From Calcarisporiella thermophila CBS 279.70 (Eukaryota > Fungi > Calcarisporiellomycota), in NCBI RefSeq assembly GCF_041956535.1, contig NW_027192203.1, positions 1 to 64,000 of the forward strand: a stretch of 64,000 nucleotides of DNA, written 5' to 3'. A program made the position numbers and the translations under genes. The notes beneath the pieces were generated by a model. The model was not told the DNA's origin. It worked only from the letters and a program-made list of their open reading frames with translations, and searched no databases. Each line of letters starts with the position of its first letter. The stretch's first letter is position 1. Below, one piece after another: positions 51,185 to 63,100 of this stretch.

Positions 51185-52959
51185 ATGGGTGATGAGTACG
51201 ACATTTACGCGGATTATACTGGCGATGACGCTGTAAGTTGGACCATGCTTCTCTTGCTCCTGTGCTCCCGATGTTTCCCAATCACTTGGCGCTAATCCTC
51301 TCCTCTCCCCTGCTGCCATATATAGCACGATGATCTCTACGGCGAAATTCTAGGCGAAGATCGCCCGAAGCGCGATCGCAGTGATCAGTCGGGCGGGGCA
51401 AGCAATAGCAACCGGCGAGGAGACGACGATCTCTTCGACGATTTTGGTGACATTTCAAAGGTTGGTTCCTCTTTCTTCTATACTATCTCGTGCAATGTGT
51501 GAAGAAACCGGGCATGATCCTGTATATCCCATGTATTTTCTGCGAATGTGTTTGATACTGATTCTCTCTTGTATTTCTCCCTCGCTTCTCTCACTCACTC
51601 ACTCCCCCCCCTCCTCTCTCCGTTGTATTCTCTACTATACACTTTTTTGTGTGCACTTTTGTCAATAATACTGTATAGACTTCTAAAAACGCGAGAGATG
51701 GACAAGATCGTGGTATGGACCTCCATTCTGAATGTTTTTGAAAGCTGATCTGTTTCAATATCCCATGCCGCGGAGCTCGGCTTGTTCTCGAACCGCAAAC
51801 TGACGCTTTCTTCTTTTTATCTTCTCATGCTCTCTTTCTTTTCTATTTCTCTTGTTACTTGATCCACTTAGCCGCAACAGATCAAGACCGCCGAACGTCC
51901 ATGGATAGTCACGATGCCAATGGGCATCGCTCCTCGCAACCGAGCCAGGCGGCTCAAGGTGCGCAGGGGCAGGGTCACGGCACTGGAGCCCGGATAGCAG
52001 GGGCTGCCAATGTCGGATCCGCAGGGGGCGGTGCTTCTGGAGGCATGACCAGCGCGCTTTATGTCGAGGAGCTAAGCTGGGTACGCCTGTCCTTCTTCCA
52101 AGTGCCATCCCATGGGTGGCACACTAGCGCATGCTAGAGATCTAACGGCTTCTGCGTTCTTTCCCCCCCTCCCCCCTTTTTTTTATTAGTGGACCACGGA
52201 TGAAGATATTCGCAACGCCATTGTCAACGGGGGCCTGCGTGATGATGATATACGCGAGATGACGTTCTACGAACACAAGGTGAATGGAAAGTCGCGGGGC
52301 ACAGTATACGTGGAATTCTCAAGCCCAGAGACGGCAAGTCGGGCGAAGGAGGCGCTGGATAATGCGTGCGTACCTCTTCTAGATGGAGCGGTCCGGATGG
52401 GACGCTCGGAGGGGAAGAGAAGAGGCGAGGTGGCTAACGTTTTCTTTTTGTGTGCTATTATGTTAGAGAATTTTCTGGGAGAAAATGCTCGGTCACGTTC
52501 ACCAATGCTGGGGCAAATCCATTCAAAAATCTCCCCAAAGGTAAGCCCCAAGTTTGCTTGCGTCTCAGTGGCAGGGTCGCTTCGGCTGGTGCTGACTTTG
52601 CCGATGCCATAGAATCACAACCGAAAGTTCAGCGGCAACAAGCTCAGCCACGCCCACCCTCCATGGCCGTTCGGGGCATGCAGCCTAACCGCGGAATGTA
52701 TAACCCCGCCATGGCCATGGGGATGATGGGGGGCTATCCGGGTTACGGGGCGGCAGCCATGAACCCCTATATGAACCAGATGATGGGTCGAGGCGGGATG
52801 ATGATGATGGGCGGGGGTGGGGGAGCAGGCAGAGGAGGGTACCAGTTCCCAGGGTATTTTGACCAGGGGATGCAGGGACAACAGCAGGGCGCCGGAGGGG
52901 CCATGAAGCGAGGCTATGAGGAAGAGGAGGGTGGGCCGCGGCAGCGGACTCGATTTTAG
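51185..52959 (+). CDS. Cleavage factor Im large subunit (CPSF6/CPSF7-like RRM protein), 7 exons
   Basis: N-terminal DIY/DLY acidic motifs; RRM ALYVEELSWWTTDEDI..FYEHKVNGKSRG; G/M-rich tail; 34-nt micro-exon at 51679-51712. Confidence 0.82.
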
Positions 52960-53553
52960 GATCGTCCGGCCAAGCACGAGATATCCTGCAGCTTCTACTT
53001 TTTTTTTTCCCTCTTCAATCTCCTCTTCTCATCCTCGTTCCCATCCTCCTTCATCTTCTCCTTGGTTTCATTTTCGAAAGAACTGTTTTATCTGCCCTGC
53101 CATTGTCTTTGTTTCCCTTTTTTTTTTGTAATTGAACCACCTCCTCCCCACCCCCCTAATTGTAGTTAATGCTCGTTGTGTAAAGAGCGAGATCAGTTTC
53201 TTATAGTGTTTTTTTTTCTTTTCTATTCTCTTTTGGAATAAACAAGGCTGGTATATTTTTTATTTCGGGAGAGACCAAGAGTCAGAACAAGAAGTACACG
53301 TTGGACAGGTTTGGTTAGATATCGAAGAGTGGTATAAGTGGGAGCTCTAAGATGCAAACACAAAGCAGAAAACGCAAGCTCAGCCCATCTACAGAGGGGG
53401 GTAGGTATATATGTGCAGAGGGTCATTCATTTTTGGTTATGGAAAGGGGAAGAAGAAAAAGACAAGACATCGCAAAACAGAGGGCCCATCACGGTGAAAT
53501 AGAGCAAGATGAAACAATACATTTACAATATATAGGAAAACGCACCCCAGGCT

Positions 53554-54867
53554 TCACATACATACACATCCATTCCGGCCCTTGTCCTTATCCTCTCCAC
53601 CACGAGGCCGGTTGTCTGAGGAAGAAGCCCCGGCCGCCGAGGCGGCCGAAGAAGGTCCCGGTGGCGCCCCCGGGTCCGTCACCGAGAGCTCCTCCACTAG
53701 CGCCCGCAAAGTCTCCGCCGTCATGGTCAACTCCTTGATTCGATCTCTCGCGCGCTTCAGGAGCTCCTCCTCTTCTGCTTCGGGAGGCGCATGCTCCGCA
53801 GAGGCAGTCGACGCATTGGAGAGGGGTAGAGCCTTGATGCCGCTGCTCAGTCCCTGCACGAGTTCGATCAGCTCGCGCCTCGTGGAGCCAAGCTTTTCCG
53901 AGTTAGCGGGGTCGGCCTGGTTCGTGCCGGCGGGCTTGCTGCCTTGGCTTGTGGTGCCCTCCTGGTGCTTGGCCTTGGGGGGAGGGGCTGCGGCCAGAGC
54001 CGTTGGAGGCTCGGCAATGGAAGTGCCATTTGGGAGCGAGTTGTTGCGTTCGTGCTTGAAGCGGATCCGCCTGCCCTGCCGGTCCGGTTTTCCCGCGCCA
54101 AGTTCACGCCTGGGCTGCCGCTCGCGCTCCTCCTCATCCGCGGTTTCCACTCCGCGGTCGGGATAGTATTCCTCAAGTAAATCGGGTGACACAGCCTCGG
54201 GTGCCGAGTCCCGCCGCCTTCTACCGCCCCCGCGAGCACCTCGCCTCTCCGCCTTCTCCCCGGCGTCCTCATAGTACGCCTCGCCGAAGCCCCTCACAAA
54301 CTCGTCGTAGATCCTCTCCCAGCCTTCCAGCGGCGGGCTTGGCGTCATCACCTCTCGGAGCACTCTTGTCATCCTCTCCTCGTGCTGTTCCACGGCCTCC
54401 AGCAGCCGGAAGTGCTCCTTCAAGATAACGTTACGCACTCGAAGGTGGCGCGACTCGAGGCGCGCCAGGTGCTGGCGGAGACGATCCAGCTCCGAGTTCT
54501 TCCCGCGAACCACCAGCCGGTAGAGGGCAATAAGCTTTGCCTGCTGTCGCAGGGTCGATTCAGCATCTTCGCCCTCACGCACCTTTCCCTTGGCCTGAAC
54601 ACCGTGCCTTGGGTGGGATCGAGAGCGGGCAGTGTTAGCGCGACTCTCTTGGTACGGAGGGGGATGGCGATGACGGTGGGGATGGTGGGGATGGCGGGAA
54701 TGATAGTAAGGCTCCTCGAAATCGGACTCCGATTCGGTGAGGGGGGGCGAGTCCGCGGAGTAGTGGGGGGGCAGCGGTAGCTTGTTTGTAGGCGGAGGGC
54801 CGGGATGCGGGAGCCGACTCGAATGATGATAATGGCGCGGTGGCTGCAGCGGATGCCTGGAGGACAT
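53554..54867 (-). CDS. Hypothetical coiled-coil protein with C-terminal CaaX-like motif (CVCM)
   Basis: Long intronless GC-rich ORF from ATG 54867; His/Pro-rich N-terminus, heptad-rich segments, ends RNGCVCM. Confidence 0.75.
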   Translation of the reverse strand: MSSRHPLQPPRHYHHSSRLPHPGPPPTNKLPLPPHYSADSPPLTESESDFEEPYYHSRHPHHPHRHRHPPPYQESRANTARSRSHPRHGVQAKGKVREGEDAESTLRQQAKLIALYRLVVRGKNSELDRLRQHLARLESRHLRVRNVILKEHFRLLEAVEQHEERMTRVLREVMTPSPPLEGWERIYDEFVRGFGEAYYEDAGEKAERRGARGGGRRRRDSAPEAVSPDLLEEYYPDRGVETADEEERERQPRRELGAGKPDRQGRRIRFKHERNNSLPNGTSIAEPPTALAAAPPPKAKHQEGTTSQGSKPAGTNQADPANSEKLGSTRRELIELVQGLSSGIKALPLSNASTASAEHAPPEAEEEELLKRARDRIKELTMTAETLRALVEELSVTDPGAPPGPSSAASAAGASSSDNRPRGGEDKDKGRNGCVCM

Positions 54868-55702
54868 TGTTTGGAAATGCAATAGTTTGGATAAATAAGA
54901 TAAATAGAAGGAACAACGTGGGGATGGGTATTATCTCATGGGAAATGGCCGAGAATGATTAGGGAGGTGTAATATGGCAGCCTCCGTGATCGATTGTGGA
55001 TTAATGTTGGCTAGGAAGAGGAGGAAGAGGAGGAAGGGAGGGAAGAATCAATGAGAGGGGAAAAGGGAGGGTTAGGGGAAAGGGTTGAAACGGAAGAGGC
55101 CTCAAATGCATGAGGGGAAAAACAAGGTTAATTTTGCGCGTTACACACTATGAAAAAAAAAGAGAAGGAGAATTGAGGCGCAGCTGGATGGCGAGAGTTA
55201 ACAAGGATATAGAAGCAAAAGCTACCTCGGGCCGGAGTCTTATGCCGGAGGATGCCGTAACGCTTTTCTTCTCTGAGCTAGGCTATGCACGCGTTTCCTC
55301 TCTCTCTCCTCCCATCGCCCATCACTGCGACTACGTCACCCTAGATCGACCTCACGCTCCCCTTGTCGCGCTTAGAGATGGCTGCGGACAAAGAGCGCGG
55401 ACCTTGGAATCCGCGATGACCAAGGAACGCAAACCTTATTTCTTTTTTGGTTCCCTACCCTCGAGGTTCCTTACTACTGGTTCAAGGACCTGTTTAGATT
55501 TGTTTTCCCCATTGCCACTCTTGCTGGGTGGCAACGGGCTTGGAGGTGTGTTCTCCCTTTCCATTGACACCAGATCTCCCCGCTGGAAAGCCACGGTATT
55601 CGCGGCCTTCCACTGGCCTCCATCGAAGCCATTTTGGATTCTTGGCGGGACTTGCTTTCCCTCGATCGAGCCTGTGCCATGCCAAACATTTATATTCAAC
55701 CA

Positions 55703-55721
55703 CAGCAGCAGCAGCAGCAGC

Positions 55722-55792
<71 letters not shown>

Positions 55793-55804
55793 CGACAACG
55801 ACAA
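55703..55804. repeat. Compound microsatellite (CAG)6(CAA)24
   Basis: Read directly: CAG x6 at 55703-55720 and CAA x24 at 55721-55792, followed by CGACAA x2. Confidence 0.95.
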
Positions 55805-56001
55805 AATATGAAATAAAACACGGATCACAAAACTAGCATTACAGTCTAATATAGTGGCGCAAATATAAACAGAATGAAAAAACATGCAAACTAAATTACA
55901 GCAAGTACATAAATGATGACGAGAGGGGGGGGGGGAGGGTAGGGCGAGAGGACACTTGGGAAAAGGGAGATGTAGCCCTTGTCACGATAGAGCTTGGCCA
56001 C

Positions 56002-57456
56002 CTAGGTTGCAAGCGAGCGCTGCGCATACCTGGGATTGCTTCGAAGCTGCCGTTCGTAGGATCGATCTGAATAGTTTTCTCTGCTCCGAGGGGGGTATTC
56101 GCTGGCGCTCTGGTTCGAGGGTCGCCGGGCTCCGGTCGGCAGGGCAATGCCGCGGGATGGGAGCGGCCGGTATTTCTCGGGCAGCTCTCTCCCGGCAGCG
56201 CCCCGGTGCGCTACGGCGTCCTGAGCCCTTCCCATCTCGCGCCTTCTCCTCTCCTCCTCTAACCGCCTCTCCCCATCCCGCCTTCTTCGTTCGGCCTCTC
56301 TCCGCCTCTCCTCTTCCCTCATCTCCTCTCCCCTGCTCCTCCCGAACTTTTCATTGTATTTCCTCGCCTCGAGCTCCCTCCTCCTCTCCTCCACTCTCCT
56401 CCGCTGATCTTCTGATCTTACCCGCTCGTGCTCACGCCTCTCCTTTCCACGGGACCGATGGCTTCTCTCCTCCTCCTCTCTGCGCCCGTAATTTTCCATC
56501 GGCTTCCCTTCGAGCTTTGCAAATGCATCCATCACCTCTTTCGAATTGCCCCGGGACTGCCTTGAATTTCCCGTGGGCCGCTCTTCGCGCCTGTCCTCCC
56601 TCGACCGTCGCTCCTTCTCCCTCAACACCCCCAAATTCGAGGCCGAGTCATTTCTCTCCCCCTCCTTTTCCCACCATTTCGGCGCGGCAATGCGGGGCGC
56701 CGCAGGGGCCTCTTGAGGGGCACTGCTGTAAATGTCTTTAAAGAGGCTGGATTTATTAGGAGGATTCCTCTCCTCCTCCGCAGCCTCCTCCCTCGCTTTT
56801 GTCCGAGATGGCTGCCGCCCATCCTGAAGCCATCTAGGCAGCGTGTCCGATTTCTTTTCGTGGTGTTCACGAAGAATGCGGCTGATATGCGTTTCTCCTT
56901 CCCAGTCCGAATCGTCTGATTCTACAATTAGGTGAGGAAGGGAGCGCAATGGGGGGTAAGCAAGCAATGTAACCCGGAGTGGGGATCCATCTCTGCAGGG
57001 AGGAAGACACTCACCAGGCCAGTCGTTCTTCGCCTGAGGCATCACATATTCTGTAGCCGCCATCAGCTTGTCCCAGAAGGTCCCCTGCTTCTGCTCCGAT
57101 TTGTTCTGGGCTGTAGTTCAAGGAGAAAGAGTCCAGAGGAGAACGGGGATGGAGGGGGTTAGTTCGAGTACAAGGGCCGGCATGAAGCAGCAGCCGCTGC
57201 GTTATTACCCACCTTGGCCGAGATCGCCCCACCCTGTGGGCACCCATTTACTCCATAGCGACGTGCCCTCACTGGCACCTTGCTTCTTCTCCGTTGCATC
57301 CAAGCCGGCGGGAAGAGTAGTTGGGAGGGGCGGGAGGGGGGGGCGCTCCACCGACGCACACTTGTGCCTTGCGGGGTAGAGCCCGACGTCCTGCCCACAG
57401 TCCTTGCATAGCACCACCACCGTTGAGACGCGATAGTCGATGACCTTCGGGGCCAT
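56002..57456 (-). CDS. Mso1-like Sec1-binding protein with N-terminal Cys/His finger and Arg/Glu-rich tail, 3 exons
   Basis: MAPKV..CKDCGQDVGLYPARHKC; two GT-AG introns restore the frame; ESDDSDWEGETHISRILREHHEKK..LPRWL resembles the Mso1 Sec1-binding region. Confidence 0.6.
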
Positions 57457-60136
57457 GCCTCGTCCAAGGTTTATCTGAAGAAGATGGTAGGATTCCGAAA
57501 AAATAATAAAAAGTAACGGATAAACTGGTTGAAAATGAAAATGAAAAAAAACAGGACGAAAATGAGAAGAGCCGAAGAGGTGTTCCAACGCTAAATGACC
57601 CTCTTTTCATTAAACGTCGCACGAATCCCATGTGGATAGTCTTTTGTTCCTCTTCCAGTGTCCGTGCGCAAAATGACGACACCCCATTCCATGCATGAAA
57701 CCGCAGTGGCCCCCCTTCCCTGCGAGATTCTCGCCGGGATCCGGATTGGAGCCCTAGAGGGTGCGGCCCACTCCCATTGGAGGATCTGCCTTCTCTATAA
57801 GAGGCTTACTCGGATCCAGGATGAAATCTCAAGCAGTGTAGAGTTATATTAAAATTGAATTACGATCGGCTGGAAACATGCACTCTATGCATTAGTCAGA
57901 ATAAATTGAAATTGAAATCTAGCCAAGGAGAGCAAGCGGGGGACAAGAGAGGAGGGGGGAGGAGGAAAAAAGAGAAGGGGCGGGTTGATCCTATATACAT
58001 ATGAACATATTTATATCTCGAGTCGCCCACGGTATAACCAAAAATGCGGCTTTCAGCCGAATTGGCTTTGGTCTGCGGCATTACCAAATCATTGCAGTTA
58101 TTGCACTTTAAATGAGCTGTCCTCATTTCAACCAACCGAGATAGGCGGAGAGTCTCCTGGACCAGGGGGCGGGGGCTTGTCGGGCGGTTTTCCCGGAGAA
58201 TTTGCAAGGCGGCCGGGCACCTTGGGAAAAAGAGTTCTCATGTTCGATGATGTCGGGCGGTATCGCGCCTTCGAGGAGAGAGCCCTTTCTCAGTAGCCTA
58301 GCCGTGTCTGCATGCTCATAGCTAATAGCTCCATACCGGATCATGGCCGGGAATGGATCATAGCTACCAGGGCGCGACGGGGAAGGGAGAAGGCGCCCTC
58401 AGCAGGTTGGTAGAGCGGCAGGATCTGTCCAGGTTTACGGCGGTTTCAAACCTCAAAGGGAGCCATGGCGAAACATTGCAAAGTCGGCGGGCGCGATTCG
58501 CGGATGAATGTTTTACATCTCATTTGATTTCATTAATCTCCTTGGGCGCCCATTGGATTCCACTGATTGGACTGACGGGAGGAAATGAGCGGTTGGCATG
58601 TGCTTAATCCCTTTGGGAATTGGCTTTTTGCACCGCTACGTCGGCGCGACCATTGTTTGTTTGCAGATGAGAGGCCTCGAGCGTTTTACACTGAATAAAG
58701 CTTTTTCCGCTTGTGGGAAAGGGAGAGAAGGGAGGGGAGGGGGGGGGGAAGCCGCCCGGCCTCTTCTCCCGGCCTGGGCCGACTAACGGGGTTCGAGAGC
58801 GTGGGGCACGTTTCCCATTGTTTGCGACAAAGCGGCCGCCCTCCCCCCAGCTACAGCCAGTCTTGTTGGTGCTGCATTGGGGAGGGGTGGGGAGTTGGCC
58901 CGGCCCCGGGGAGAGCGTAGGAGGAGAGCGAGGCGCGTAGGCAGCGCGTGCGGTCGCGACGGCAAGAAAGGTCTGGGCCGAAGGTGGCCAAGGGATGGAG
59001 CGATCGGGCGGAAAGCGAAGGCGAGCGGGTCCCTTGCCCTTTCCATAGGAGGCCGCGCTTGGAAACTGGTTCGCAAGCTCTTCTCACCCATGCATGCAGG
59101 GGGGGGCTCGATTGCTCGGCCGCTTTGGATTTGGGCTCCGCCGTTTTCAAATCCAGTCAGGCTCCCAAACCCCACTCAGAGCTCCTCTTTTTTCCATAGT
59201 CATCACCGATCAGCCGTTGTCCCACGCAATCTCCACCGGAAAGGGGAACTGCGCGCAAAAGGAAGAGATTGGGCAGAGATGCTGAGCGTTGGCTCGAAAC
59301 ACTCGCATCTAAATATATATATATATATCCTCTTATCCCGAGCTGCACGGGGGCAACTCTGGGGGGCGAAGTCCAAACTGTACCGATTTCACGCTGCTTT
59401 CCGCCGCTTTTATTTTTAGCGTTTGTGTTTTTTTTTCCCACTTGTTTTGTTTTCCCCTCTTCCCCTTCCTGGCCCGGCCTCGTCTCAGGTCATTGCTGCC
59501 CGCGCCTGGCCGTGATTTCCGTGATTGCTCCCGATCATCCCATTGCGACACGCCTGGATTCCGAGGCCGTCAGAGTCGGGAACACCCGTATTACCCTCTC
59601 GAACCTACGCTCTAATACAAAGAAAGTTTATAAGTTTGAGCAACGCCGGCTCGCGTGGTCCCTCTAGTCCGGGTTTCTATCTGACTTGGAAGGAGTCTAT
59701 ATATTTGGCACCCAAGGCCCTTCGGTTGGAAGGGTTTCGTCTTTGTTTGAAACCCCCAGTATCAAATATAAGGGTCTTTGCTCTGACACTCGGCGTGTCA
59801 TTTCTCAGCCAAAGGTTAGACAACAGCTCCCCCCTTCTTATTACTTCGATACCTCCTGCTTCCCCTCCTCGGGAGTGTCGGGCCTGCTGTGTCAATGTAG
59901 CTGACTCCTGTTTCTATTTGGCCCGCATTTGCTCGTAGGATTCTCGCCCTTCTGCACCTCCCATTAGGCATCGGCCCGGCTTTCTCCACCCTCCACCGGC
60001 CGCCCCCTCTCCATCATCCGCTTCGCCATCCAAGCCCTCGATCCGGCGTCATCCGCGCGGCAACATCAATAGGAGTAGCCAGCCCTATCCATCGGCTCCC
60101 CCTCGTCTCTTCCGCCCTTCCCCGATTTCATGAATC

Positions 60137-63100
60137 ATGCTGCGTGTCGACACCGAAGGCATATTCAGAGCTCACGAAGACGTCTCCGACTGGCCGACCC
60201 AGCTCGACGGGAAAATGGACTCTCGACTCCAGGTGGAATCCCTGCCCCCCATCTCGGCCCCCGAGAGCGGCTCGGACCGCAGCTCCTGGGGCTCATCCCT
60301 CTCAGTGCCGCACTCTGCTTTGTCTGCTGGTCAGCCGAGATCTCCGGTGCGCTTCGAGCCGCTCCCAGAACATGCGGCCCCCATGCCTCCCCTCGTCTCC
60401 ATCTCCTCCTCCACCCCCTCCCCCACCCTCCCTCCCTCTGCTCGCCCCATAACGGCCCCTCTCCTCCCCACGATCCCCCCTCCATCCACACCGCCGAGTT
60501 TGTCCAGGCCCTCCACCCCTTCGAGGCGGACCTGGCCCCCCCCGCAGCCGGCACCAACTATCTGACCTTTCAGCGCGGCCAGGTGGTGCGAGTCCTGTGC
60601 CGTGAGGAATCGGGCTGGTGGGACGGGGAATGTGGCGGGCGGCGTGGGTGGTTCCCGAGCAATTACGTCGGCTTGGTCGGGAGTTTGCCTCAAAGCCTTA
60701 CCGACGTCTCCTCGACGGTATGTATCCGCCCAGAAAGTGCTTTTGCCACACGCACGGTGGAGAAGGCGCGTCTGCTGCGGGATGCACTTGGAACCTTTAT
60801 CTCACCCTTTCTATTTCAACTAGAACACCAGGGTTGTTTCCCCCGATCCCTTCACCCGGGCCAACCCGAGTATGCGCAGGGAAAAGAGCTCGTCGCCCGC
60901 CTCGCGAGAAGCCGTCACCTCCACCTCCCCCCCTCTCTCCGTAGTGCTGCCCTCGGGAGACGAGAGCAGAATACCACGGCAGAGCGTTCAGTGGGACGTG
61001 CTCGTCACCAACATCGCCCACGTTATATCCCTCCTCAACACCGCGGCTACCCTCGGCACCTATTCCCAGTTCCAATCGATTATGCGGCAGCTCATTTCTG
61101 CTGTGCGGGCGCTTCTCATGGCCGCCAGCGCAGCCAAGAGTACAAGCGAGGCGATCCGGCGGTTCCCGCAGCTTGGCCGAGAGCGCCGAATCGTGCTGAA
61201 CTCGCTCTCCACCCTCAGCCTGCAGTGCCGCCACCTGACGGACGACGCGGTGGACGCGGAGGTGGGCATCGAGCGCATCAAGTCATGCACGCGCCATATC
61301 TTGGTCGCCGTCCGCTCGTTTGTCTTGGTAGCGCGGGCCATCCCCCAGATGCCCTCCCATACCTCCAAAGCCCCGTCCCCGGCCGCCACCGGCCCCCCCC
61401 TGTCCTCTAGCTCGGCCGTCACTGGCTTCGCCTCGGAATTTCGAGCCGCAGGCCGCAAAGACTCCGTGGCGCTCGACGCGCCCTCGGCTCTACGCGGCCT
61501 CAGCCCGGTCTCGGACGACGGCCGGCCCCCCTCCATGGGCTTCCCCTCGCCCCCCTCCTCGTACGCTTCCAGCACTTCCCCCACCCTATCCCTCGCCGGC
61601 TCCGCCGACCTCTCCAAGGAGTCGATCCGGGCCTCGCTCACCGCCCAGCACGACGCCATCGTCAACCAGATTGCGACCCTCATCAACCACATTCGGACCA
61701 CCCTGCGCGACCCCCATTCCGCAGCGGTGCTGATCGAGCTCACGCGCGACACCGTGTACATCGTCAAAGGCCTGCTCTCCGTGGTGGAACAGCTCTGCGG
61801 GTGGATGGGGATGGACGACCCGCGTAAGGCCAGGGATCCGCACCAGGCCTCCTTTTTCGCCGCAAAAGAGAGCCTCTACAGTGCAACCGCTAACTTGGTC
61901 ACGGCGGCTCGAGCAAGTGCGTCCAACGCCACACGGGGGCTCGGCGGCGCCAAAACCCCTGCGTCTGCAGCAAGCGACGACGACGAGGAGGAGAGCGACC
62001 GGTCCGAGGACCGGGATGACCGTGAATACCTCCTCACCAGCTGCACCGGCGTGGTGCGCGCAGTGGGTGAACTGGTCTCCTCCACGAACATGTGCCTGGA
62101 CACCGATATCCCAATGGTGTCGACCCCTAGAGCCTCAACCCACGAGGACGGCCCCCTCAAGAGCGGGCAAAAGCGTTCCATGCGCCAGAAGCACACCCTC
62201 AGTTTCCTGGGAAGAAAGGCGATCAGCCTCAACTGTTTGCATGAGCGCTTCGTCCGAGACGCGACCACGTCAGGAGACCAGGCCTCCCTGAGCTCGCAGG
62301 GGTCGGGTGGGTCTGGTTCGAGTAGGGTGGAGATGGAGCAGGAGAGGAACCTGCCAAGTGGCCGACTCAACCCCATGGCCGTGGAGGGGGCGGACCCCTC
62401 CGCCAAGTGCGATGGAGTGCGAGCCAAAGGCAGATTATCTTCGGCATCCCCCCTGATGGAGGAGGCCGAAGAGCGTGAGGAGGAAAGGGAGGAGGCCGAG
62501 GTAGCGGAGGTCGGTGATGAGGGCGAGGACGAGGATGACGAAAACGATGCCCACTCCGCAAGAAGCATTGACCGAATGGTCCTCCCCCCTCCCAAGCTCA
62601 AACCTAATGGATCGCATGGTAACCGTGCCCGATCCGGTGGCAAGAGCTCCGCTTCTTCCCCCCGCCACTCAGGGTTCCACGAGGAGTCGGAGGAGCTCCC
62701 CCGAAGGCGGATGCGCACCGCCAGCGACTCCGACGAATCGCGCATGGCCCATAGTGTGGCATCGATCAGCGACCTCAGCGAGAGCTCCCCCACGCTGGCC
62801 CCTTCGCATTTCTCCGCCGACATGGATTCCATGAGGCTGAGGGATGGAGCCTCCCCGGCGAGGCGGACCCGACTGGTCGAGGCGTTCTCGTTCCGCCGCA
62901 AGAACCACATGTCCTGGGGCATCTCGTCCCTCAAATCCCCCTCGCGATCCTCCCTCCTCTCCATCTCCCAGTCCCCGCGCCATAGCTCCACCTCCCCCAC
63001 CGCCCAGCACGACGGCCCGCTCACCGCGCCGGCCTCGATGGACTCGGAGGGCAACGTGTTCAACAAGCAGTTCCAACTCCGCCCCCGATCCTCGGAAGCC

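Noticed and set aside
51498-51562. Possible intronic box C/D snoRNA (GTGAAGA..CTGA)
   Set aside because: Non-canonical C box, no terminal stem and no recognisable rRNA guide
55110-55885. ORFs with polyQ/N/T/L tracts
   Set aside because: Artefacts of the CAA microsatellite keeping frames open; the flanking translation is not protein-like
58715-58915. G-run clusters with G-quadruplex potential upstream of RasGEF
   Set aside because: Polypurine and G tracts are common throughout the GC-rich part of this window, so they are not distinctive
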